A DNA stretch of 64,000 nucleotides. Source: Octopus sinensis. Taxonomy: Eukaryota. Position numbers and translations under genes: made by a program. Shown piece after piece: positions 51,015 to 63,177 of this stretch. The notes under the pieces were generated by a model. That model was not told the DNA's origin and did no database searches. It saw only the letters and a list, made by a program, of their open reading frames with translations. Within the stretch, counting starts at the first letter, position 1; each line of letters starts with the position of its first letter. The stretch is from positions 28,086,001 to 28,150,000 of the forward strand of contig NC_042997.1 of the NCBI RefSeq assembly GCF_006345805.1. Reading direction: 5' to 3'.

Positions 51015-51840
51015 ATTACCTGTCCTAGATTCTGAGCTGTGGATAGAAAATACTATGATTAACGGAACTGTCAAATCCTGTTTACTCCACTCACACTATT
51101 GTAAATATATGGCTAATCCACTGGTGACCCTAGTGACTCGGCGATGTCATGTACTGCCAAAATCAACATCCTCGTGGCAGATTTGGTTAGAGTAATGATG
51201 AATGTATCCCCACTACGCCAACTACAAGAACGACAACAATACATCCAGCACGACATATTCCGAATGCACTGTTCCGATTATACACAGTACGATCGAATCA
51301 GAGTGTACAAAGGAGCGAAAACAAGATTCCAACGCATTCTAAGAGATGACGAAAACGGTATATGGCCCCTATACTGCAACAAGTTCTGGAATAGGTTGGA
51401 GAGGGACACCAACAAAAGAAATAAAAACAATACTTAGTATGATAACAAGAAGTTTTACAGTGTAATATTTGTTGATGCTACACCTAAGAATGAATTAAGT
51501 AAGGTATTTAAAAAAATCCTGCACACAACTGGCCTTAAGATGAAAGTTGTAGAAAATACAGGTACTTCTATCAAATCTGTATTAAGTAGATCATATCCAT
51601 TTGGTAGAATCACGTGTCAGAATAATTGTGCAGTATATTCTGCAAACCCACATGTGAACTGCAAAACGAAGAGCACTGTATACTAGATTAAGTGCTAAGA
51701 AGGAGCTTGTGCGATCATCCCAGAATCATATATCGGTGATACTTCTAGAAGCACCAATGATAGGTTCAAAGAACACCTGGACAACTACATTGAAAAGAAA
51801 CCAAGCTCCATCTCCTGTCAGCATACTGTAGACTACTACA
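51015..51840 (+). mobile_element. Penelope-like element C-terminal half (RT thumb + GIY-YIG)
   Basis: PVLDSELWIE..HSHY..MANP..SAMS..KINILVADLVRVMMN, VIFVDATP..MKVVENTG..SRSYPF..C..C..NCKTKSTVY.IKC..SYIGDTSRS..RFKEH. Confidence 0.85.
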
Positions 51841-53980
51841 ACGAGAGTGGAGCAAGGTTGTTGGAAATGTGTATGGTGCAGGAATTGGTAATGGGAGATA
51901 TTCGTTTTAAAAAGTAGGAGGAAAACAAGTTCACACGGTGGAGGGTGGAGGTAGGAACAATAGTGGATAAAACTTTGATGGATTATGTATTAATTGATAA
52001 GAGAGTGGTAAGAAGGTTGGTGAATGTGTATGTAATGAGAGCTGAAAGTGGGTGAGTGTCAGATCGGTACAGAGGGTAAGGAAGGTGGTTAGAGGAAGAA
52101 AATAAAGGGTGAATGGTGCAAATGGAAATTTGTTGGAAGGAAGTGAGAACGTACAAAGGAGATGGGCAGAGTATTTTATACAGCTGTTAAATGTGGAGGA
52201 TGATAGGGAGGCAAGTACAGTGACCGTAGGAGGAGAGAGGATAATGTCTATCGATGGAAAATGGAACTACGGTGCAATTTATAGGGAAGAGGTGAGGGAA
52301 TCTTTACAGAAGGTGGCTAACGGGAAGGTGCCAAGTATAGATTGTGTACAGTGAAATGCCTAAAGAAAGGAGGAATAACGTCGATTGAATGGTTAGTGAG
52401 GTTTATGAATGTTTGTTATATGGCTGAAAGAGTACCAAAGGACTGGTTCAGTGCCGATATAATGCCATTGTACAAGGGGAAAAGGGATGAGTGTGGATGT
52501 GGAAATTTTAGCGGTACAAGTCTGTTGTATGTGGTTGGTAAACTGTATGGGACAAGCCTGGGTGTAAGGTTGAGGAACGAGACAGAGAATGTACTGGGGG
52601 GGGGCAGTGTGATTTTAGGAGTAGAAGTGGATGTGCAGATCAAATATTTGTAGTAAAGCATACGTTTGAAAAGAATTTGGCAAAAAAGAGGGATGTATAT
52701 TGGGCCTCTATGGATCTAGAGAAGGTATATGACCATGTGGAAATGGGATGCAATGTGGCAGGTGTTGAGAGCTGTACAGAGTTTCTGTAGATAAAGTGGG
52801 GCGTGCGTTGGGGTGGGTGGTGAAGTGAGTGGTTTGATGTGAAGGTGGGGTTAAAGCAGGGTCGTGTGATGTCTCCGTAGCTGTTTAATCTATATGTGGA
52901 TTGTATGGTGAGAGAGGTGAATGCTAGAACCCTTTGTAGGGAAGCCCAAATCGTGGGAGACAAATGAGAGAAATGGCAGGTGAGTCATTTGTTTTTTGCT
53001 GATGATAGAGCATTTGTAACAGATACGAAAGAGTAACTGAGAAAACTGGTGGTAGAGTTTGGAAGAGTGTGTGAGAGGAGGAAACTGAAGTGAATGTAGC
53101 TAAGAGTAAGGTGATGAGGCGTTCGAGAGATGGTATGGCTGGTAGGATAACTGTGAGTATAAATGGTGAGATGTTAGAGGAGGTGAGTGTTAAGTATCTG
53201 GGATTACATGTGACGGCGGATGGGCGGTTGGCTGAGGAGGTGAGATAGAAAGTGAGGGAGGAGAGTAAGATACTTGGGGTTGTGAAACGTATACTGAGAG
53301 GTAAAAGGTTGAGTATGGAAGCGAAAAGACGCGTGTCTGAGGGCGGCATTGTGCCGACAATGTTATATGGTGTAGAGACGTGGCGCTGAGAGAGGCGGAA
53401 ACCAGAAATCTAGATGTGTTTGAGATGAGATGTTTGAGAGCTATGGTTGGTGTGACAGGAATGGATAGGATGAAGAATGAAGGGGTGCAAAGGCGTGCAC
53501 GAATGAGAGAAAATCCATGTACCAGAATGGATAGACGAATTTTGAGGTGGTTTGGTCACATGGAGATGATAATTGTTGAGGAGCGGATGGTAAAGAGGGT
53601 GACGAAGTCAGAAGTGGTAGGCAGCAGACCCAGAGGCAAACCTCGGTTTGAGTGGCTGGATGGAGTGAGGAAAGATTTGATGGTTTTGAGATGTTGCAGT
53701 GAGAGAGACAACAGCGTTTATTAATGATAGGAAAGCTTGGAAATTGTTTTTAGACGAATGAGTGCATTGATGTTGCTAAAAGGAGTACGGAACCAGCATG
53801 ATGCGGCGGGGGTAAACTAGCAAATTATGTCGGGCCCCGCTGCTGATATTGGGGGTTGCTTTCTATGCCATGCCCCAAGCATAAGACGGGGCTAGCTTCT
53901 TTGAGCTGGAAAAATGAATGGAATGCCTGGTACGTGTGATGTTGTGGCTACATCCACCCATGGGAAAGAGGTCTTGGTAA
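51840..53980 (+). mobile_element. RTE-clade LINE, 5'-truncated, decayed (APE C-terminus + RT + 3' UTR)
   Basis: GARLLEMC..LMDYVLI, RRWAEYF..LLN, VPKDW..IMPLYKGK..NFSGTSLL, MDLEKVYD (~52710), KQGRVMSP (~52855), LFFADD (~52990-53006), FEMRCLRAM..LRWFGHME..RPRGKPR..WLDGV. Confidence 0.92.
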
Positions 53981-53999
53981 ATAAAAAAATATATGTATA

Positions 54000-54057
<58 letters not shown>

Positions 54058-54115
54058 ATATTTATATATATAAATGTATGTATGTAGGTATGTATGTATG
54101 TATAAGAAAAAATAC

Positions 54116-54507
54116 ATGCTAAGATAATTCTTTCATGAAGCACATTTTAGTTTTGAATTGGAGAAAAAACATGAAGTGAAATGTTTTGTAAATACCCCCA
54201 TAGTCTTCAGATAATCTATCTGTCTATCTGTCTGTCCGTCTGTCTGTCTCCCTTCGTGGATGTTGGGTAGGTAGGTAGGTAGGTAGGTAGGTAGTAGTAA
54301 ATTTGAAGGAATAGTTTATGAGTACAGAGAATTGATAGTTTAAACACCTGCTTAAACTATGGCAACTTGTGTGTTACCATTCTACCTTCAATATATATAA
54401 GGATATATGTAAGTATATATATATATATATGTATATATAAGATATATAAGTATATATGTGTATATATGTATATGTATATATATGTATATGTATATATACA
54501 CACACAC

Positions 54508-54543
<36 letters not shown>

Positions 54544-54890
54544 ATAACGAAAGCAGACAAGGTAGTAAATGCTAAAATAATTTTATCATGAACTACATTT
54601 TGGCAGCCGTTCCCGTCGTTTAGGCTTCTTCATCTAAGAGTAAAATAAGTAATTGAATTGGAGAAACAGAAATGAAATGTTTTGTAAATATTTTCATATA
54701 CTTCCGATAGCAAGTCAGTCAGTCTTGCGGTCTATCTGCCTGCCTGTCTGTATCTCTCTATTCCTTAGTGAATGCTTGGTAGGTAGGTAATTGTGAATTT
54801 CAAGGAATAGTTCGTGAGTACAGAGATTTTGATGGTTTATGCACGAGCTTAAACCATATCACATTGCGTGTTACCCTTCAGCCTTCTATA
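54116..54890. repeat. Old diverged tandem duplication (~275/320-bp units) separated by a TA/TG tract
   Basis: atgctaagataattctttcatgaa..gaattggagaaa..gaaatgttttgtaaata..aaggaatagtt..gagtacagaga..gtgttacc occurs at 54116-54391 and 54569-54890. Confidence 0.8.
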
Positions 54891-55596
54891 TATATATTAA
54901 ATTATATTAATATTATTATATTATATTAAATTAGAGATAAAACCACTACTAGGCATATATAGTGAAAATCATAAGCCAATACATAGAAATAAAATTAATT
55001 AAAAAATGTATAAGAAATATAAAATATATAATATATATATACATATATATATACATACATATGTATATATATATGTATATACATATGTATATATAAATGT
55101 ATGTTTTTGTATATATATATTATATATATATATGTGTGTGTGTGTATGTGTGTGTGTGTGCGTATGTGTGTATGTATTCTTTATGGATCCTCTAAGGAAT
55201 TCGACAAAACGCGTTCACTTGCCTGATTGAAAAGGGCATTAGAAGGAGAAACAAAAAAAATATATAAATGAGTTTATTGAAATTGAAAATGCATACTGTA
55301 GATAAAGATTGCAAATCTCTCTAAAGAAACAACGTATTCTTCTTCTACAAACATTAAAGTATACCTACATATATTCATACATTCATGATGCATAATTGAA
55401 TTGATGTATGCAACATTATGCTTATATACATACACAGATATATAATATCTTTGAAATATATACATACATACGCTCAAATATTATATATATAGTAAAATGT
55501 AAAATATATATATATATATATATACATACATATATATATATATGAATAAATAAATAAATAAATAAATAAATGGCGTTGAACGAAGATGTTAATAAA

Positions 55597-55692
55597 ATTC
55601 CTTACTTTCGACATATGTTTCGAAAACAACACGGTTTTATTCAAAAGGAATAAAAGGTGTAAGATGCAATTTCTCATTAGGTAAGAAGGAGA
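55597..55692 (-). ncRNA. Hammerhead motif of the 20.7-kb family, G5A core variant (probably inactive)
   Basis: Minus strand: CTAATGA-gaaattgc..ttttattc/gaataaaa hairpin..gttgttttc-GAAAC-ATAT-GTC-gaaagtaaggaat. Confidence 0.7.
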
Positions 55693-55780
55693 GCCTCTCT
55701 CAACAACAGGACATTATAACAATTACGATGACTGCCTACATGATATATTCACCCATCGAAATATATATATATGCATATAT

Positions 55781-55830
<50 letters not shown>

Positions 55831-56573
55831 ACTATATTATATGTTATTATTCTACAATCTGTCTCAACCAGTGTATGTGTAAATACTGGGGTACCGCAAC
55901 CAGCCCTAAAGCCAGTTCATTTTAGACTCACTTCCCGATCTTGACTCCAGAATCGGTTTTGATGAAGTTGTGAGTTGTACAAGTCTGAACTTCGATGCAT
56001 TCCTTGCTGTGATAGGTTCATGGAGTATATTAGATAAAATAATTTTCCAGTTGCTCTTGAAGCATAACCCTGACAGCGCCGTTTAGATTTCTGAGGCCAT
56101 GTTTTGTGGAATCTATACGCCTTTGGTCGTTAATCTATTATAGTATTAGATTTTTTCCTCTAAAATATGGGTGGGATCTTCAGTAAAATACAAAGTCATT
56201 CAGTCTGCAGATTAGTGTAGCATTCAATCGGAAAACTGGGCACTGGACCTTCCTGAATATCTCTCACTCTCTCTCCCGCTCTTGCTCTCACGTACATCTA
56301 CATACATATATACATATATGTGTATATATAAATATATATACATATGTACACATATATACATGTACATATATGTATATGCATATAAATATGATTGTATGTA
56401 TATATATATATACGTATACATATACAGACACACATATATACACGTATATATATATACACATATATAAATATATTCATATATACATATATACATAAATATA
56501 TATACACACACATATATATATATACATATATTTATTCATATATATGCACATATATATATAAAAATATATTATG

Positions 56574-56628
56574 ATCTTTAAGATACCAGATTTATTTATA
56601 TATATATGTATATATATATATATATAAT

Positions 56629-56676
<48 letters not shown>

Positions 56677-56705
56677 TAGATAAATAAATCTGGTATCTTA
56701 AAGAT
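56574..56705. repeat. Perfect 26-bp inverted repeat enclosing a (TA)n tract
   Basis: atctttaagataccagatttatttat (56574-56599) and its exact reverse complement (56680-56705). Confidence 0.95.
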
Positions 56706-57164
56706 TATAACAAACAATTTAATTGGAAATGAAATAGATTCTCCGTTTCTTTACCGTATGATAAATATAAAAATTTCTGCTCGCGTTGTAACAGCGAAAG
56801 GTTTGGTATCCTATTCTCAAAGAATCCACTTGTAAACACGTTTATAGAATGCGTTTATCATTGTAAATATTGGTAGAAACATATTCCTATACGTAATATC
56901 TACCATTCTATATAATTTGACCTTTGCTTTTCTTCTTACATTTCACTTCCACTAAATAAAATCTAATTCCGCACTTTTAAGCTTCATTGCAATTCACCCA
57001 TCTCTCTATATTTCTCCACTATTCGTTTTCTGAGAATTTTTTCCTTCTTCTCTTTGACGTTATATCTACTAACGGCTTTAAAAAGAAAAAAACTTAATAA
57101 TGTTCACTTCATCATTATACGCAGTCATCACATTCTGTTAAAACGTCTTATTGATGTATTTCAT

Positions 57165-57265
57165 TTCTTTCTTTTCCTGGTGAGAAGATTGCATTGTTTT
57201 ACACCATTTTATTCCTTCTGGAATAATACGAATGTTGTCTTCGAAACACGTCGGAAGTAAAAGAA
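57165..57265 (+). ncRNA. Hammerhead motif of the 20.7-kb family, A6G core variant
   Basis: CTGGTGA (57177-57183)-gaagattgcatt..tattcc/ggaata..aatgttgtcttc-GAAAC-AC-GTC (57250-57252)-ggaagtaaaagaa. Confidence 0.72.
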
Positions 57266-57568
57266 TTTGAATAACACCTGCATTCAACTCCATTGATTTA
57301 TAATATATTATATGAAACATTTCACCTTAACTCGGAGTTTCTACCTTTATAAATAAGTTGTTTCATCCTTGTTACTTGTGTGAATTTTTGCTACCCTGGT
57401 TACTGGTTATTTTTTTGTTTCCGTGTTATTTGTAAACACTGAAAAAACAAAACTGGATCTCTTCCTATCAAGGCATCTACACGAGCCTACCTCAGGGCAG
57501 GAAACACAGATGAGGAAAGCAGCGTGTAACTCCCTCATTGAGCTGAAATATTTTAAAGAATCAAAAAG

Positions 57569-57636
<68 letters not shown>

Positions 57637-57708
57637 AATATATGTATGTAGGCATATATCTGTATATGTGTATATTTATATACCTATATTTATGTTTATA
57701 TATATATA

Positions 57709-59682
57709 CTAGCTGAAGGTGACCCGCTCTACGCGCGGGTAAGAGTGTGGTTGTTACTTTCTGTTGCTTCCTTTCAGCACGTAAAAAGTACCATCCGAAC
57801 GTGGCGGATTGCAGCGCCGCCTTGACTGGCTTCTGTGCCAGTGACACGTAAAAAGCACCAACCGATCGTGGCCATTGCCAGCCCCCCTGGCACCTGTGCC
57901 GGCGGCACGAAAAATGCACCCACTACGCTCACAGAGTGGTTGGCGTTAGGAATGGCATCCACCTGTAGAAACACTGCCAGATCAGACTGGAGCCTGGTGC
58001 AGCCTCCTGGCTTCCCAGACCCTGGTCAAACTGTCCAACCCGTGCTAGCACGGAAAACGGACGTTAAACGATGATGATGATGATGATTCTCCCTCTTTGT
58101 TTCTCTCTCCTTCCTCTCTCACTTTCCCCACTCTCTTACTCTTCCTTTCTCTCGGACTCTCCCTCGCTTTCTCTTACTCTCTATCTTTATCTATCTCTCT
58201 CCCATTTATAAACAACAAAATATCTTGAGTAAGTTGAGAAATAAAATATTTAGAAAGATCAATCATAAATATCAGGCAGTAACAACGGAAAGGTCTGCTT
58301 CAAGGCAGACAGCAAAACACTAACATTTAAAAGGGACAGACGAACTTGCGAGCTGAATAAAACTAATAAAATATTGGAAACCAAAGTTTGAAGGGATAGA
58401 ATCTGAGGGTAGTAGAGTCAGCATGGCTGGCATTTCTTAACGACGGACAGCAACGTTTTGACAGTTTAACGGCTGGCGTAAAATCTTGAACTTGATGTAA
58501 AAGAAAATCCCTAAACACCAAGTTTTGAAGTGATTCTTTTTCACAACAGTAGACTCACCATGGCAAGCATTCAAAACTTCTTCATCATGGACGGCAACAC
58601 ATTGACGATTAAAAGGCTGGCGCCTATTTTTTAGCTTGATGTAACAGAGAATTCCTAAACACCCGCTCCTTTAAATTGTAATCCCCTTCCAGCCCCATTT
58701 ATACCTCTTTTCACATTTTGGTTAATATAACGTGATTTCATTCGGGTGTACTGGGGCCACATTTTATAAGATGAGGAATTTTGTCCTAGAGGTCACGCCT
58801 TTCATTTGAGGGAAAAAAATAGTTGTCATGCAAACTTGCCAGCACTTTTAACATAGGTCTGCATGTATGTATGTGTGTGTGTGTATGTATGTGTATGTAT
58901 GTGTGTATGTGTGTGTATGTATGTGTGTGTGTATGTATGCATTTCCATTGAGTCAACCTCATTTCTACATAGCAGACCGTTACATAAACAGACAAAGGTA
59001 CATACATACATGCACACTCACACATACATACACACACATACACACATACACATACATACACACACACACATACATAGGTACATACACACACACACATACA
59101 TGCATACATACATATACACATACATGCATACACACGCACGCACTACAAAAACCAAGTAAAAAATTTCAGTTATCTCTCTCTTTCACACAGACAGATACAT
59201 AAAAGAAGGCCGTTTGTATGAAATAGAGTGAGTATTGTGTGTTGGTGGTGGTGGTGGTGGTGGTGGTGGCGATGATAATTATCATTAGGAAAAAGATTGA
59301 GTGAGTGAGGAAGACATATACATAAATTGTAGCGATGATAATTCTCCCTATGAATGCAAACAGATCCATCAAAGAAAGCCGCCTGACGACTTTATAAAGG
59401 CAAAGTGAAAGGGAGTTGAGGGGAATACATTAAATAACGGGAGTGGACATTGTCAACGTTATAAATGAAGGGGAGTAAGAGAGGGAAAGAAGGAAATAGT
59501 GTGAGTGAAGAAGATGGCCCCTAGCAACCACACCTTTTAAGATAGGGATTTCTAAGGTAGCCCACGCGCATCGTCACCTCATTCTACATGTCCCTGTAAA
59601 TTTAGGAGCGAATCGGACGGGTCGTAGTGGCATTGAAAGCGATCCAAGCGGTAAAAACGCATTTCAGTTTTATATATAGAGA
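57709..59682 (-). mobile_element. Probable non-autonomous Helitron
   Basis: Minus strand begins A|TCTCTATATATAAAAC (59682) and ends in hairpin acccgc/gcgggt (57722-57740), 9 nt, then CTAG|T (57709). No TSD; A-T target. Confidence 0.7.
57773..58087 (+). mobile_element. SINE family D with (GAT)n tail, nested in the Helitron
   Basis: cacgtaaaaagcacc repeats, gtggttggcgttaggaatggcatcc, tccaacccgtgctagcacggaaaacggacgttaaac-(gat)n; recognised from recall as a common octopus retroposon. Confidence 0.75.
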
Positions 59683-59867
59683 TATATGTGTATGTTTATA
59701 TATCCGTATATGTATAGTTATATGTATATATATATGTATATATATATACATATATATATATATACACATACATTTATATACATATATATATATATGTATA
59801 TACATATATATACATAAATATATATAGATATATGCATATACATACACACGTTTATATATATATATAA

Positions 59868-60296
59868 ACTTTGGTTGTAGAACAAACAACAAATATAAGG
59901 TCATCCACCTAACATATCACATCTCGAACATTTAATCTCATAATGCTTTTTCATATACATAGAATATAGATGCATAAATCCTGAAGATGCTTCCTATATA
60001 TATGTATTTTTATATTTCTATATATTTATATACTTTTATATTTTTTATATATTTATTATTCTAGATGTTATAATGTTAAAACATTTTTTTAGTCGCTAAT
60101 GTATTAATTATTAATTTTTAATCGCGATAGACTGTACCCACACATTTCGCTTATATGCTTGTCTAAATGCATTGTTTCATCTCCTGGATTTATGCATTTA
60201 TATTCTATGTATAAGAAAAAGCATTATGTGATTAATTGTTCGAGATTTGATATGTTAGGTGGATGACCTTATATTTGTGTGTTCTACAACCAAAGT
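59868..60296. repeat. Long inverted repeat (fold-back), ~120-bp arms, ~188-bp spacer, between TA tracts
   Basis: 59868-59989 versus 60178-60296 reverse complement, roughly 90% identical by hand alignment. Confidence 0.92.
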
Positions 60297-60393
60297 ATAT
60301 TATACTTGTCTCATTACTTGAGCACTGCTATAGCAGTCCTATTAAACAATTTGTTCCTGGTAAGAAACAATCACTATTATTATTGATATATAT

Positions 60394-60444
<51 letters not shown>

Positions 60445-60462
60445 TATATATATATTAATATA

Positions 60463-60505
<43 letters not shown>

Positions 60506-61027
60506 CAAAAAAGGGTAATAACGTAGATTACTTCCAGTGGCCCAGCACAAAAAACGAATTAGTCATTAGACAAAATATTATTCATATAGAAATATAATTA
60601 AGGGCTCCTAAATAAGGATGCCAAGTGCTAGGGACACAAAAAGGGATAAATTCATCGAGAGTGAAAATCAAAAACATTTACCATTAACGATATATCCCGG
60701 ACTGATCAGTTTCTACCTCTTTCTAGCAAAACAGACAGAATAAATATATATGTATATATATATATTATATATATATATATGTATATACATATATATATAT
60801 ATGCATAATATAACCATAATTTTTAGCTATAGAAATAACATTGCTTTCTATATTGATAGCACTTCTTGATGCATGTGTGTGCATTTTGGGGTTAGTAAAA
60901 ATGAACAACTCAGGAGGTGAGGTCGATGCAATCGATAGATCTTGTGCCTAGAGCAGAAAGGATCATTAAATTGACCGTGACATCAGTATTTCTGAAGGGG
61001 AAAGTCCGTTGCCGCAGTGAGTCTGTA

Positions 61028-61442
61028 AATCATCATCATCATCGTCGTCGTCGTCGTCGTCTTCTTCTTCTTGTTCTTCTTCTTGTTCTTCTTGTTCTTC
61101 TTGTTCTTGTTGTTGCTGTTGTTGTTGTTCTTCTTCTTCTTGTTCTTCTTCTTCTTGTTCTTCTTCTTGTTCTTCTTCTTGTTCTCCTTCTTGTTCTTCT
61201 TCTTGTTCTTGTTCTTCTTGTTCTTCTTGTTCTTCTTGTTCTCGTTCTTCTTGTTCTTGGTCTTCTTGTTGTTGTTCTTCTTCTTCTTGTTCTTCTTCTT
61301 CTTGTTCTTCTTCTTGTTCTTGTTCTTCTTGTTCTTCTTGTTCTTCTTGTTCTTGTTCTTCTTGTTCTTCTTGTTCTCGTTCTTCTTCTTCTTGTTCTTG
61401 TTCTTCTTGTTCTTCTTGTTCTTGTTCTTGTTCTTGTTCTTC

Positions 61443-61483
<41 letters not shown>

Positions 61484-61525
61484 CTTCTTCTTCTTCTTCT
61501 TCTTCTTCTTCTTCTTCTTCTTCCT
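61028..61525. repeat. Compound (CAT)(CGT)(CTT/GTT)n trinucleotide tract
   Basis: Read directly; yields open poly-E/Q, poly-K/N and poly-L/F frames. Confidence 0.95.
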
Positions 61526-61610
61526 CCACTCTCCAGTATTTGCTTTTGCCCAAAGCCAGGAACGTTTCAACACCCCTCGTGTCTATGTATATACATGTGT
61601 ATCTATATTC

Positions 61611-61916
61611 TTTTAATCCTTTACTTGCTTCAGTCTTGACTGCGGTTATGCCTTAAAGGGATTTTAGTCAAGGAAATCGACCCCAGGATTTATTTCTTTG
61701 TAAGCTCAGTACTTAATCTAACGGTCTTTTGACGAACCACTAAGTTACGGAGACTTAAACACACCAACATTGGTTTTTAAGCGATGGCGGAGGGACAAAC
61801 AGAGACATAAAGAAAGACATACACACACACACCCACACATATACATATACATATAATATATATATATATATATAATATATATTTATATATTACATATATA
61901 TATAATATGAATATAA

Positions 61917-61951
<35 letters not shown>

Positions 61952-62011
61952 GAATCTAAAGATATATATATATAAATATATATATACATATATATATAAA
62001 TATGAATCTAA

Positions 62012-62058
<47 letters not shown>

Positions 62059-62251
62059 TATCTATATATAATATATATATATAATATAATATATATATAT
62101 ATGACGGACTTTTCTTTAGTTTCCGTCTACCAAAATCCACTCTGAAGGCTTTGGTCGGCCCGAAGCTATAGTAGAAAACATTTGCCCAAGACGCCACGCA
62201 TTGGGACTGTCCCCGGAACCATGTGGTTGGGTAGCAAGCTTCTTACCACAC
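61611..62251 (-). mobile_element. SINE family A with ~290-bp expanded internal microsatellite
   Basis: 3' module 61611-61810, CA/TA tract 61815-62102, head 62103-62251, all collinear with the 5183-5606 copy. Confidence 0.88.
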
Positions 62252-62274
62252 AAACACGTCTGCTCTTACACACA

Positions 62275-62307
<33 letters not shown>

Positions 62308-62559
62308 TACATATATATATATATATAATGCCATAGATATCGATAGGATGGAATCAACGACCAAATGTCAGTCTTTGACTATTTTCTTTTTCTTAATGTA
62401 TAGGAACCTCTCATTTGTCTAATGGATGCAATTGCTCCTCCCCAGTATCATCACCACAAGGGATGGTACACAGGACGGACAGCATCGCAGCAGTTACCTC
62501 AAGTAATTCTGTCTGATGCCATACGTATCCCGTTAATCCAGCAATATGGCAGGTTCTTT

Positions 62560-62680
62560 ATCGAGTTCTAAATTATGAACGGGAAAATTGACCTCGGCGT
62601 AATTAGAATTCCAAGCGCAGAGAACCAGAACAAATACTGGAGGACATTACTACCGACTCTAACGAATCTGCTACTTCACG
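62560..62680 (-). mobile_element. SINE family B, degraded
   Basis: ttctttatcgag..gggaaaattgacctcggcgtaattagaatt..ccgactctaacgaatctgc. Confidence 0.6.
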
Positions 62681-62877
62681 GCCATAAAATGCATGCACAT
62701 ACACACACACGCACACACACACACATATATACACACACACACAAACACACTCACACAAAGAAACACACATGCATACACACAGATACGATAAAAAACAGAC
62801 GCGCATATACACACCTACAAACATATGCAGACATCCATACAAGTACAGAACACATTCACACACTCGCAACTGTTAGT

Positions 62878-62898
62878 CTATTTCTCTATCTATCTATG

Positions 62899-62933
<35 letters not shown>

Positions 62934-62934
62934 A

Positions 62935-62989
<55 letters not shown>

Positions 62990-63050
62990 ATCTATCTATC
63001 TATCTGTCTGTCTGTCTGTCTGTTGTCAGACTGTCTATCTGTCTATACAT
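62878..63050. repeat. (CTAT)n/(CTGT)n microsatellite
   Basis: Read directly. Confidence 0.95.
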
Positions 63051-63146
63051 ATGTACATACAAAAAGAGAAAGGTAGAGAAAATCAAAAGGAGTGTTCATA
63101 TTCACACACACAGATACAGACACAGACACACACACACACACACATT

Positions 63147-63177
<31 letters not shown>

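Noticed and set aside
60917-61639. 195-240 aa ORFs (poly-E/Q, poly-K/N, poly-L/V, poly-F)
   Set aside because: All frames are open only because the CTT/GTT triplet repeat lacks stops; no unique coding sequence or splice context.
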